Source of the DNA: Gammaproteobacteria bacterium
GTDB lineage: Bacteria > Pseudomonadota > Gammaproteobacteria > Acidiferrobacterales > UBA6901
Length of the DNA: 64,000 nt
Direction of reading: 5' to 3'
Assembly: GCA_028068195.1 (NCBI GenBank)
Contig: JAPTTX010000090.1
Location: 59,856-123,855, forward strand
Shown here: positions 52,391 through 60,873 of the stretch, in pieces
Numbering within the stretch: position 1 is the stretch's first letter
Layout: each line of letters starts with the position of its first letter
Notes under the pieces: model-generated
Told to the model about the DNA's origin: nothing
What the model saw: only the letters and a program-made list of their open reading frames with translations
Databases searched by the model: none
Made by a program: the position numbers and the translations under genes

Positions 52391-52588
52391 CTAATTCATT
52401 TTCCGGCACCCAGATCTTCTGGAACCTTCTTCCAGATCAACGTCGGACGACTCCCCTCGCACGCAGTTCTGGAACGCCTTAATGGACGCACCGAGATCGC
52501 CGCCAAGACTGCGAAGCTTTTTGGTACCGAAAATCAGCAAAACAATTGCCAAGACAATCAGCCCATGCCAAATACTGAACTCACCCAT
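52391..52588 (-). CDS. twin-arginine translocase TatA/TatE-family protein
   Basis: [40 protein letters not shown] is close to the TatA consensus. AGGAG lies 8 nt upstream of the ATG at 52588. Confidence 0.8.
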   Translation of the reverse strand: MGEFSIWHGLIVLAIVLLIFGTKKLRSLGGDLGASIKAFQNCVRGESSDVDLEEGSRRSGCRKMN

Positions 52589-52652
52589 TTCAGGTTTCTC
52601 CTGACAGTTTTCAAAACATTTCACCGAAAGGCCGAAACGATACGCCCGAGAC

Positions 52653-52782
52653 CTATCGGATCCAGCGTTCGAGGGCTACTTTGTTGCCCGCATGCGCCTT
52701 GATCCAGCGCTCACCCTTTGTGGTTTGCTCAGGCTTCCAAAACGGCGCCCGCATCAAACGCTGCATGCTGCACGCGCACCAT
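52653..52782 (-). pseudogene. moaE: moaE remnant (internal deletion, out of frame)
   Basis: An ATG 4 nt after the moaD stop encodes MVRVQHAAFDAGAVLEA followed by a stop, which is a MoaE-like N-terminus. A shifted frame encodes [32 protein letters not shown] followed by a stop, which is a MoaE-like C-terminus. Only 130 nt remain where about 450 nt are expected. Confidence 0.55.
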
Positions 52783-52786
52783 CGGA

Positions 52787-53041
52787 TCAGCCTCCCGTCA
52801 TCGGAGGGAAAAAGGCGACCTCATCGCCGTCCGCCACCGTTGTCTCGGCGCTCGCCATCGCGCAGTTGACGGCGATCCGCACCTGTGCCGCGTCCCTAAG
52901 CACCTCGCCCCATGGCGCCCCGCGTTGTCTAAGTGCTGCAATCAGGCTGCGCACATCCTCTACTCCAGAAGGGAGTGCCAAGTGCTCCCGCGCCATGCCC
53001 AGGCGCTCACGCAATTGAGCGAAGTAAAGTATCTGTACCAT
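52787..53041 (-). CDS. moaD: molybdopterin synthase sulfur-carrier subunit MoaD
   Basis: 84 aa. MVQILYFAQLRERLG...DGDEVAFFPPMTGG, with the terminal GG. Confidence 0.9.
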   Translation of the reverse strand: MVQILYFAQLRERLGMAREHLALPSGVEDVRSLIAALRQRGAPWGEVLRDAAQVRIAVNCAMASAETTVADGDEVAFFPPMTGG

Positions 53042-53786
53042 GGCGTTCTCCACAGGTCGAACATGAATCGTTGCGACGCAAGCGGATCCGACGGCTCACA
53101 TATCCGAGACCATCAAAGATCACCATCTCGCTGTCGAGCCGTGCCGGCAGATTCAGTATCTGTTTCAACACCTCGAGTGCCTGCCAGCATCCAAGCAATC
53201 CCGCCATCGGGCCGAGAATACCGCCTTCGACACATCCCTGGGTCGTGTTGCGGTCCGGTATTTGGGGCCAAACGCATTGGTAACATGCCCCGCCGGGAAC
53301 GAATGCAGCGAGTTCGCCGGTGAACCTCGATAGCGCCGCGGACACCAGAGGTTTGCAGGCCTGCACGCAGGCGGCGTTAACAAGATAGCGCGTCGGAAAA
53401 TTGTCGCAGCCGTCGGCCACAAGATCGTAACAAGCCACGATTTCCGCGATGTTATCCGCACACAGGCGTGTATGCTCGGTAACGAGCACCCCGGGATTGT
53501 TTTCGTTGATACGCCGTGCGAGTCGCGCGGTCTTGGGCTTTCCGATATCGGTCGTGGTGTAAGCGATCTGACGATGCAGGTTGCTGAGCATAATCTTGTC
53601 GCCGTCCGCAACTCCCAACGTGCCCACGCCGGCAGCGGCGAGATAGCTCGCGAGCGGCACGCCCAATCCGCCCACACCGACCACGAGTACGCGCGCGTCG
53701 AGCAGCCGTTGCTGGCCTTCCGCACCGACCTCGTCGAGCAAGATCTGCCGCACGTAACGGATGAACTGATCCTCAGTCAGCGCCAT
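53007..53786 (-). CDS. moeB: molybdopterin-synthase adenylyltransferase MoeB (ThiF family)
   Basis: RYVRQILL, GVGGLGVPLASYLAAAGVG, LSNLHRQ, and CYQC...CSTCG zinc motifs. Overlaps the moaD start by 35 nt. Confidence 0.9.
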   Translation of the reverse strand: MALTEDQFIRYVRQILLDEVGAEGQQRLLDARVLVVGVGGLGVPLASYLAAAGVGTLGVADGDKIMLSNLHRQIAYTTTDIGKPKTARLARRINENNPGVLVTEHTRLCADNIAEIVACYDLVADGCDNFPTRYLVNAACVQACKPLVSAALSRFTGELAAFVPGGACYQCVWPQIPDRNTTQGCVEGGILGPMAGLLGCWQALEVLKQILNLPARLDSEMVIFDGLGYVSRRIRLRRNDSCSTCGERHGTDTLLRSIA

Positions 53787-54246
53787 GTCGCCACACCCCA
53801 CTTTTGCCTCCCGTTTTCTCTAAAAAGGAGGGCTTCCGATCATCATTTTCAGGTCGACTGCCTTGCGCATATCGTAGGTCGTGAGCGCCGCCATCTCCAC
53901 GCCTGTCTCGCCAGCGATCCGGCAGGTGGCGGAAACCCTCAGCATGCCGATCGCCGCATTGAACCCGATCTTAATGCTCGCTATTCTCCGCAATAGCGAA
54001 TGACGTAACGGAACCAGTTCGGCACAACGCCTGACCGCCTGAATACCGGCGATCTGCGCCACCGCCGGGACATCGCCTTTTGTGGCTCTCAGTCATAATC
54101 AAACACAATATCCCCAAACGCTTGCGCACCTGCGCCATCGCCGTGGCAGAGCGCACCATCACGGCTTTTCCTGATACGTTCGCCATACGCGTCTTGCCCG
54201 GTGTATCAAGATGGGCAAGACGGTTTACGGCCGCTGTGGTATTCAT
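53773..54246 (-). pseudogene. moaC: moaC (cyclic pyranopterin monophosphate synthase) with frameshifts and an internal deletion
   Basis: MoaC homology is split over three frames. The first break is at the A4 run (54078-54081). The second is near 53833-53834, where IGPSFLEKTGGKSGVW continues in another frame. See findings for the other lesions. Confidence 0.75.
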
Positions 54247-54258
54247 CTGGCGACCTTC

Positions 54259-55548
54259 TCAGGAAAGCAAATCCGAGAAAGGAAGGAACCGGACCGTTTG
54301 GCCATGGGCCACTCTTTGACACTCCGGCACCTCCACCAGTCCCTCCGCCCAGGTGGCGGAACTGAGCACTGCCGAACCCTGGTTGGGATAGATCTCTGCG
54401 ATGGCGGCGCCATCCTCTGTCGAACGCAGCCGCGCGCGCAAATACTCCCGGCGCTTTTTTTCCCCTGACCACTCAAAGCCCGCCACGACTGGGAAGCTTC
54501 GCGGCGCCGCATCCGCGCCACCGTGACCGCGCGCAACACCCTGACTACACAGAATGAAGGGACGCGCAAACAGGCAAAAGGTCACGAATGCCGACACGGG
54601 ATTGCCCGGCAACCCCAAAAACGGGGTCGTGCCGATGCGTCCGAAAACAAATGGCTTGCCGGGCTTGATCGCCACCTGCATCAGATCGAGATTCCCCAGA
54701 TCCCGGATAACCGCCTTGACGTGATCCTCCTCGCCAACGGAAACCCCGCCAGCAGCGATCACGACGTCTGCAGCCTCGGCTGCACGTTCCAGAACCTCTC
54801 GGGTTTGCCCCGCATCGTCCGGTACCTGGCCGATATCAAGCCGCTCGCACCCTAATCCCTGAATCAGCCCTGACAGCGTGTAACGATTGGAATTGTAAAT
54901 CTGGCCCGGACCCAGAGCCGCGCCCGGCTCAACCAGCTCGTTGCCCGTGCACACCAGCGCCACGCGCAGCCGCCGGAATACCGGCAGTCGAGCCAATCCC
55001 ATGGAACCCGCAAGCCCGAGATCTGGGGCGCGCAGGCGCCTGCCGCGGCTAAGGAGGCAGGCGCCCACGGCGATGTCTTCGCCCTTGTGCCGAACGTTCA
55101 CGCCGCACGTCACCGGACCTGTGATTACCACCGCTCCATCGGACTCGGTCCGGCAATGCTCCTGCATCACCACGGCGGCGGCACCGGACGGCAGCCAGGC
55201 CCCGGTGAATATGCGCGCCGCAGTGGCGGGCGCGAGCGGCCGCCCGACCTGGCCGGCTGCAATGCGCTGCGACACCCCAAGGCGAAGCTGGCCGGACTTT
55301 CCGCAATCGTGGCTTGTCAGGGCGTAACCATCCATGGCACTGCTATCTGCGCCGGGAACGTTTATGGGAGAGCATTGGTCCTCCGCGAGCACACGCCCCA
55401 ACGCAGATTCCGTCGCCACGACCTCCGTTTCCACCATGGGCAGCGCGCGCACAACCAAGTGCCGTCGGGCCTGTTCAACGGAAAGGACAGGTGCCGAATC
55501 GAAATCGCTTGCGCCTGAAGCGGAGTACATGGTGGGTGACCCGCTCAT
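54259..55548 (-). CDS. moeA: molybdopterin molybdotransferase MoeA
   Basis: 429 aa with SAMDGYAL, GEDIAVG, GQIYNSNR, GGVSVGEEDHVK, IKPGKPFVFG and GLPGNPVSAF motifs. Confidence 0.93.
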   Translation of the reverse strand: MSGSPTMYSASGASDFDSAPVLSVEQARRHLVVRALPMVETEVVATESALGRVLAEDQCSPINVPGADSSAMDGYALTSHDCGKSGQLRLGVSQRIAAGQVGRPLAPATAARIFTGAWLPSGAAAVVMQEHCRTESDGAVVITGPVTCGVNVRHKGEDIAVGACLLSRGRRLRAPDLGLAGSMGLARLPVFRRLRVALVCTGNELVEPGAALGPGQIYNSNRYTLSGLIQGLGCERLDIGQVPDDAGQTREVLERAAEAADVVIAAGGVSVGEEDHVKAVIRDLGNLDLMQVAIKPGKPFVFGRIGTTPFLGLPGNPVSAFVTFCLFARPFILCSQGVARGHGGADAAPRSFPVVAGFEWSGEKKRREYLRARLRSTEDGAAIAEIYPNQGSAVLSSATWAEGLVEVPECQRVAHGQTVRFLPFSDLLS

Positions 55549-55561
55549 TCGGCCATGAGCC

Positions 55562-56095
55562 TCACGTTTCGAGCAACCGCGGCAGCATTTCCACGAGGTT
55601 GCACGGCCGATTTCGATAGTCGAGCTGATCCTTGATCAGGCGATCCCACGCGGTGCGGCAGGCTCCAGTGGAACCGGGAATGCAGAAGATGAACGTATCG
55701 CGCGCGATCCCGGCGAAGGCGCGCGACTGCAGCGTCGAGGTCCGGATCTCCTCGTAGGAGATGGCCCGGAACGTCTCGCCGAAACCCTCGATCACTTTGT
55801 CGAGCAATGGCCGGATCGCCTCCGGTGTGCGGTCGCGCCCAGTGAGGCCTGTGCCGCCGGTGGTCAGAACCGCGTTGACTTTGTCGTCGGCAACCCAGCG
55901 CGATACGATCGCGCGCATCTGATAGATATCGTCGCGCATGATGGCTCGCTCGGCGAGCACATGCCCGGCAGCCTGCAGCCGCTCGATCAGCGCTTGCCCG
56001 GAGGTGTCGCTTTTCTCGTCACGGGTGTCGGAAATCGTTAATACCGCGATCCGTAACGGCACAAACGGTCGCTCCTTGTCACCCCCAGCATGCAT
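55562..56095 (-). CDS. moaB: molybdenum cofactor biosynthesis protein MoaB (MogA-like)
   Basis: 177 aa with IAVLTISDTR...TTGGTGLTGRD...IPGSTGA motifs. AGGAGG lies 6 nt upstream of the ATG. Confidence 0.9.
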   Translation of the reverse strand: MHAGGDKERPFVPLRIAVLTISDTRDEKSDTSGQALIERLQAAGHVLAERAIMRDDIYQMRAIVSRWVADDKVNAVLTTGGTGLTGRDRTPEAIRPLLDKVIEGFGETFRAISYEEIRTSTLQSRAFAGIARDTFIFCIPGSTGACRTAWDRLIKDQLDYRNRPCNLVEMLPRLLET

Positions 56096-56423
56096 GGCTG
56101 CCTCCTGTATGACTAAATTCGGCTGATCAGACGGGCCGCGATGCGCTGGGCCACCGCAAGGCGAAACTCACCCGCACCCCACCTCCAGCATCAATCAGTG
56201 CTGGCAACCCACCAACGTCAAATTTGTAGGTTATGCCGACCGAGACCACCCAGGGGACTATTGCCTGCCGCAACCGTCGGCACCTTACTCATTGCAATGG
56301 CTATAGCCAAATACGCTGAACGCGAAGCAGCGCGATGGCCAAGGCCGTGGGGTTCATTTTAGTGCTGGTGCTAGAGCGCATGACGATTCCTCCGAGTTCT
56401 TGAGGCCCTACCTCATCGCCGTG

Positions 56424-59400
56424 TTACACTTGGAGCTTCGGCGCCTTAAGGAAGCGGTCAGCCGGCGGCGTCGTTCTCTCCACCTTGACCCGGGTGTCGT
56501 AGTAGCACGCGCTTCCCCCTACCGGGTCTTCCATGCATGTACCCCAACCGTCCTTATCGGTCAGACTTGGATCAAGACGCATCACCGCGTTAAGCCGGGT
56601 ATGGGTATTCAGGTACCGATCGCCACGATAAGTCGTGCCATTGATGGTCCATTCCCCCGAGTTGTAATGCCAGCGTCCGAATGCCGCGGGAAAGGAAACT
56701 ACACCTGGTCGTACTCCCGGCATGATCTGGACCGGCGCTTTCAGCCCTCGCGGATAGGTGGCTGACCGCACGAGCACCCAGTCACCATCCTTCACCCCCA
56801 ATTGTCGCGCGTCCATCGGGTTGATTTCGGCGTAGGATTCCGGCATGAGCTCGACCAGCCATTTGTCGGCCCAGGTCCGGGATTTACTGTGGATGGGCTG
56901 CTTGTACGTGATCAGCGTAAACGGATAGTCCTTGGCACGATCCACGGAGTCGTACAGCGTTCCGTCGTGGAAACGGATGTCTTCATGCTTCGCGACCGGG
57001 GAGAAAAGTTCTCCAGTGAGCGCGTTATGCGTCGTGCCAACGATCGGATTGTAGATCTGGCACGGCAGCTTTTCCTGGCCGTACCGGTGGGTCATGACCT
57101 TGGGCACCGGGGTAGCCGGCACGTAACCCACGTCATAGTCCTCGAACCGGCCCCCGCGGCCCAATACATAGGCCACTTTTCGCCATTGCGCTTCGGTCAG
57201 CGCCCGGCCGTAGCGTGGCTTCCAGCGGGCAATAGATTTCCATTCGAGATCGGTGGACGCGTCGGGCACAGGACCCGTTTTTACCAGCGTTTTGCCGCGA
57301 CGTTCGAGGTACGACGGATAATAGGCGATGTTGGCCGCCATCTTGAGGTAGAAGTCTTCACGGGTATTGAGTTCTCCTCCTTCCATGAATGCATTTTTGC
57401 CGAACCCCGGTACACCGAGTTTTTTCGCCACGTCGATCAGGAACTGCTCGACTGACATCGGTTCGCCATCCGGCGTCTTTGCTGTCAGAGGTTCCACGAC
57501 GGGCTGCCGCACCCCAATCGCGGACATCGTATAGGTAGGCCATCCAGGCAACGCCCCCCACGCTTCCAGGTAACCCGTGTCCGGGACGATATAGTCCGCG
57601 TACGAAGACGTCTCGGAGATGAGAATGTCGCTTGCGATGAATAACGGCAGCTTCTTGAGGTCCTTGACGAGCCGGAACAGGGGCAGATTCTCATCAGGGT
57701 AGCCGCTCATCCCGGGTGGCGCCGACCATAACGGATTGCCTTCGTGCATCATCAGGATCTTGACAGGATAGGGATACTGATACCACGCGCCCGCAAACAG
57801 CTCCTGCCAGATGCCAAACCCGAACGGGTACCAGGGCCGCGGCGCGGGAAATGGACTCTTGCCCTGGGCCACCGCCTCCTTATATATCGAGGTGTCCTCG
57901 TAAAAACTTCCTTCCCGCGAGATCGTCACGCCTGCCGGCACGCGGCGCTTGGGTGCTGGCCACGTGTTGAGATTATAAGGGGCGCCCTTATATCCACCCA
58001 TGAAGTCGGCCGGCGCGCCACCGGTTGCGGTCCCACCGACCCAATCCATGTTGCCAACCAGGAAGTTCAACGTCATGATGCCGCGCCCGGTATAAAACCC
58101 GTTGGTATGCTTTACGGGACCGCGATAGAAGTCGGCCACCGCCCGGCGGCCATGGGCAGTGAACTCCCTCGCAAGACTGATGATGGTGGGTTCGGGCACG
58201 CCAGCGATCTGCGCATACTCCGCAGAGGATTTGGACCGGGCCTCCTCCCAAAGCCATTGGAAACCCGTTCGGCACGGGATGCCATTCACCCTGATCGGCG
58301 CGGGCGACAGCGTCCCGCTAGGCCAGAGGCTGCCCGCCGAGCTGCGCTCGGCGGGAGCGGGTCTGCCGGAAGCGGCGTCGATGACCACCGGCGATGCCGC
58401 CGTCGGGCTCGATGCTCTGGCCAAACCTGCTGCCTCCGCCGTCAGAAACTTTCTATGCAGCGGATGCTTGGGATCCTCAACCACCAGCCAGGTGGCATTG
58501 GTAAAATCAACTTCTCCCTTCCGCTTCGCAGCCGCGTGGCTTGGATAGGACAGAAATGGTGCATTGTACAGCTGGTTCTCCAAGATATGGCGGATCATCC
58601 CCATGACGATGCCGCTGTCGCCACCCGGCTTGACCTTCACGAACTGGTCGGCCCGTATCGCTCCGTTGGGCGCCCGGGCGTCCACCAGGACGAACTTCAG
58701 ATCTCCACCGTTGATGAATTGCAGATTCGCCGGATTTCCCCCCTTCGAGGAGGCGAGCGAAACCTTGCGGCTCAGCGTCTGCATCGGGAAGTTCGCCTGG
58801 TAGATATTCGCGCCAAACCAGATGATAAAGTCGGCGTTGATAATATCCGGCTTTACCATGTTGGTTTTCCCGTCCAGTGACTGGCGCGTCGCTACGTGGT
58901 GACTCAGTTCGCAGATACTGACGTGTGGGATGGCGTTGACCGATCCGAAGGCATTCGCAAAGCGCGTGAGAAAGGTCGACTGTCCCGGCTCAGCCCGCCC
59001 CCAGAACATGGTAAACTGATTGGTAATGGGTCCGAGATCCGGGTGTTTGGGATCCACCGGCGTGTTCGGGCCTCGCCCCTCTTTCCACAGGTCCTTGAAC
59101 CCTTCCACGTAACGGGTCTCCTCCCCGGCCACGTCCTTGAACAGATGGCCGCCGTTCGTGACCTCATCGATCAACTGGGTCCAGCTGATGGTCTTCCACT
59201 TATTCGACCCTCTGGGTCCCACCCGTTTTAACGGGAAAAACACGCGATTGCGGTCATACAGCGACTGGCGGCCCGCTTGGCCGCGTGCGCACAAGGAGTG
59301 GGCTTCCCGGAATTTAAGCGATTCCTCCACCGGCGTGCTGTACGTCAAGTGCGGTTCGGTCGTGTTGGGGTGATAGGGGTTTCCGTCGAGCTTCATCAGC

Positions 59401-59639
59401 ACGCCGTTGAACACGCGCGCCTCGATACCGCAATCGCTGCGGCATTGGCGACACACGCTGTAACGCACTTCGACGTTCTTCCACAATTCAGTGCGCATCG
59501 GGTAGGCATAAACCCCCTCGCGATGAAAGAGACCTGGCAACCAGGGCCATGAACCCCAGAGCGCAGCAATACCGCTTCCAGCCGCAACGCTGCCCAGCAT
59601 GAAGGTCCTGCGGGAGACTTTTTGCTCTAATATGCTCAT
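56424..59639 (-). CDS. Tat-exported molybdopterin (bis-MGD) oxidoreductase catalytic subunit, TtrA-like
   Basis: 1071 aa. It has a twin-arginine signal (VSRRTFMLGSVAAGSG) and an N-terminal CxxCxxxC...C 4Fe-4S motif (CRQCRSDCG...LCARG). Its size, the BCA gene order and blocks such as LDGNPYHPN, LKRVGPRGSNKWKTISW, LPLFIASD..SETSSYADYIVPDT and EDFYLKMAANIAY resemble tetrathionate reductase TtrA as I remember it. Confidence 0.88.
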   Translation of the reverse strand: MSILEQKVSRRTFMLGSVAAGSGIAALWGSWPWLPGLFHREGVYAYPMRTELWKNVEVRYSVCRQCRSDCGIEARVFNGVLMKLDGNPYHPNTTEPHLTYSTPVEESLKFREAHSLCARGQAGRQSLYDRNRVFFPLKRVGPRGSNKWKTISWTQLIDEVTNGGHLFKDVAGEETRYVEGFKDLWKEGRGPNTPVDPKHPDLGPITNQFTMFWGRAEPGQSTFLTRFANAFGSVNAIPHVSICELSHHVATRQSLDGKTNMVKPDIINADFIIWFGANIYQANFPMQTLSRKVSLASSKGGNPANLQFINGGDLKFVLVDARAPNGAIRADQFVKVKPGGDSGIVMGMIRHILENQLYNAPFLSYPSHAAAKRKGEVDFTNATWLVVEDPKHPLHRKFLTAEAAGLARASSPTAASPVVIDAASGRPAPAERSSAGSLWPSGTLSPAPIRVNGIPCRTGFQWLWEEARSKSSAEYAQIAGVPEPTIISLAREFTAHGRRAVADFYRGPVKHTNGFYTGRGIMTLNFLVGNMDWVGGTATGGAPADFMGGYKGAPYNLNTWPAPKRRVPAGVTISREGSFYEDTSIYKEAVAQGKSPFPAPRPWYPFGFGIWQELFAGAWYQYPYPVKILMMHEGNPLWSAPPGMSGYPDENLPLFRLVKDLKKLPLFIASDILISETSSYADYIVPDTGYLEAWGALPGWPTYTMSAIGVRQPVVEPLTAKTPDGEPMSVEQFLIDVAKKLGVPGFGKNAFMEGGELNTREDFYLKMAANIAYYPSYLERRGKTLVKTGPVPDASTDLEWKSIARWKPRYGRALTEAQWRKVAYVLGRGGRFEDYDVGYVPATPVPKVMTHRYGQEKLPCQIYNPIVGTTHNALTGELFSPVAKHEDIRFHDGTLYDSVDRAKDYPFTLITYKQPIHSKSRTWADKWLVELMPESYAEINPMDARQLGVKDGDWVLVRSATYPRGLKAPVQIMPGVRPGVVSFPAAFGRWHYNSGEWTINGTTYRGDRYLNTHTRLNAVMRLDPSLTDKDGWGTCMEDPVGGSACYYDTRVKVERTTPPADRFLKAPKLQV

Positions 59640-59640
59640 G

Positions 59641-60855
59641 TCACGCTTCCTCCTTCATTGACCCAGACTCAATGGCGGCAGACTGCGGGCTATCACCACC
59701 GCCCTGACCTGACCAGACCAACACCCAGCCTTTGTCCCAGGGCAGCAGCAACAGCGCCAACACGATCAGCAGCGCCATGATGCCCACAATTCCGATCGCG
59801 ACCTGAATGCTGTCCATGCCGAACACCGGGAGCGCATACCGCACCAAGCCCTGCGACACCTTGGGCTGCAATTCCCCGCCGATCACCGTATCAAATCGCA
59901 TGGCAAAGACGCTCACCAGCACCAGAAGTGCCGTCACGCTCGCCCCCCAGGACGAGCGGCGCACGGCCCCGAAAAACGTCATCACCATGGCCACCACCAG
60001 AAGGCCCAGTTGGAGCCCCAGGTACATGAACGCGAGCGGTCCGCCCGGGAAAAAAATCTGACTAAATCCCCGGAACACCGGAGCGGAGGTATAGGCAGAA
60101 ACCCCGGAATTCACGACGTCTACGATGTCAAGGAACAGATCGACGAAGATCATCCACATCAGCACTCTCATCAACCCGTCGACGATGCCGCTATCCACTT
60201 TCCCAGTCCCCACACCGCCTTCGATGATCACGTAGGCCAGTATCATCAGGGCGATACCGGACACGATCGCCGAGACGATAAACATTGGCATCATTAAAGG
60301 GTTGCTCCACAGCGGGCGCGCCTTGATCGCTCCGAACACGAAGCCGACGTAGCCGTGGAAAGCAAAAGCAAGCAAGATGCCGATGATCGATAAAATGACG
60401 AGTATTCCGTGGTCCCGATGCTGCGAGGCTTCGGAGGTGTCGCGCGACCCCAGGGTCAGAAACTTATGCCACGCTTTGCGCCAGCCGTGTGCGTATTCGG
60501 CCAAAAATATGTTGTCGAGGCGGAATATATAGTAGATTTCGGCCACTACCAGCACCATGTACGCCGTCCAGATCACGATGAACAAGCCGAGTGGAGAGTA
60601 GGGGATATGATCCCGCGTATAGAGCTCCCAGAATCGCGATCTCTGTACCGCCTCCGACAGCGGTCCGAGCGGAGCACCAATCAGGAATACCAAGGTCATG
60701 ATCGCGCTCAGTCTCGTGAGCGGTTCGAATTTCTTCAGGCCGAAAACCTTCGATAGCGATCCCACGATGAAGGATCCCGCAACCAAACCGGAAAGGAACG
60801 GATAGATGACCAGCGGCAATCCCCAGTAGATGTGTTCAAGGCCTAGCATGCGCAT
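59641..60855 (-). CDS. NrfD/PsrC-family quinol-interacting membrane subunit (TtrC-like)
   Basis: 404-aa polytopic ORF (HIYWGLPLVIYPFLSGLVAGSF...). GGAGGAG lies 8 nt upstream of the ATG. Its stop is 1 nt before the catalytic-subunit ATG. Confidence 0.88.
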   Translation of the reverse strand: MRMLGLEHIYWGLPLVIYPFLSGLVAGSFIVGSLSKVFGLKKFEPLTRLSAIMTLVFLIGAPLGPLSEAVQRSRFWELYTRDHIPYSPLGLFIVIWTAYMVLVVAEIYYIFRLDNIFLAEYAHGWRKAWHKFLTLGSRDTSEASQHRDHGILVILSIIGILLAFAFHGYVGFVFGAIKARPLWSNPLMMPMFIVSAIVSGIALMILAYVIIEGGVGTGKVDSGIVDGLMRVLMWMIFVDLFLDIVDVVNSGVSAYTSAPVFRGFSQIFFPGGPLAFMYLGLQLGLLVVAMVMTFFGAVRRSSWGASVTALLVLVSVFAMRFDTVIGGELQPKVSQGLVRYALPVFGMDSIQVAIGIVGIMALLIVLALLLLPWDKGWVLVWSGQGGGDSPQSAAIESGSMKEEA

Positions 60856-60873
60856 GATGGCGTCTCCTCCGTA

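Noticed and set aside
56096-56423. Possible Moco riboswitch upstream of moaB. I also looked upstream of moaA (52272-52390) and upstream of the FeS gene (61945-62401).
   Set aside because: I could not recognise the conserved Moco-motif core by eye. A covariance-model search (Rfam RF01055) is needed before any claim can be made.
57744-58880. 378-aa ORF on the plus strand.
   Set aside because: It is antisense to the 1071-aa molybdopterin subunit. It is Arg/His/Gly-rich with no motifs.
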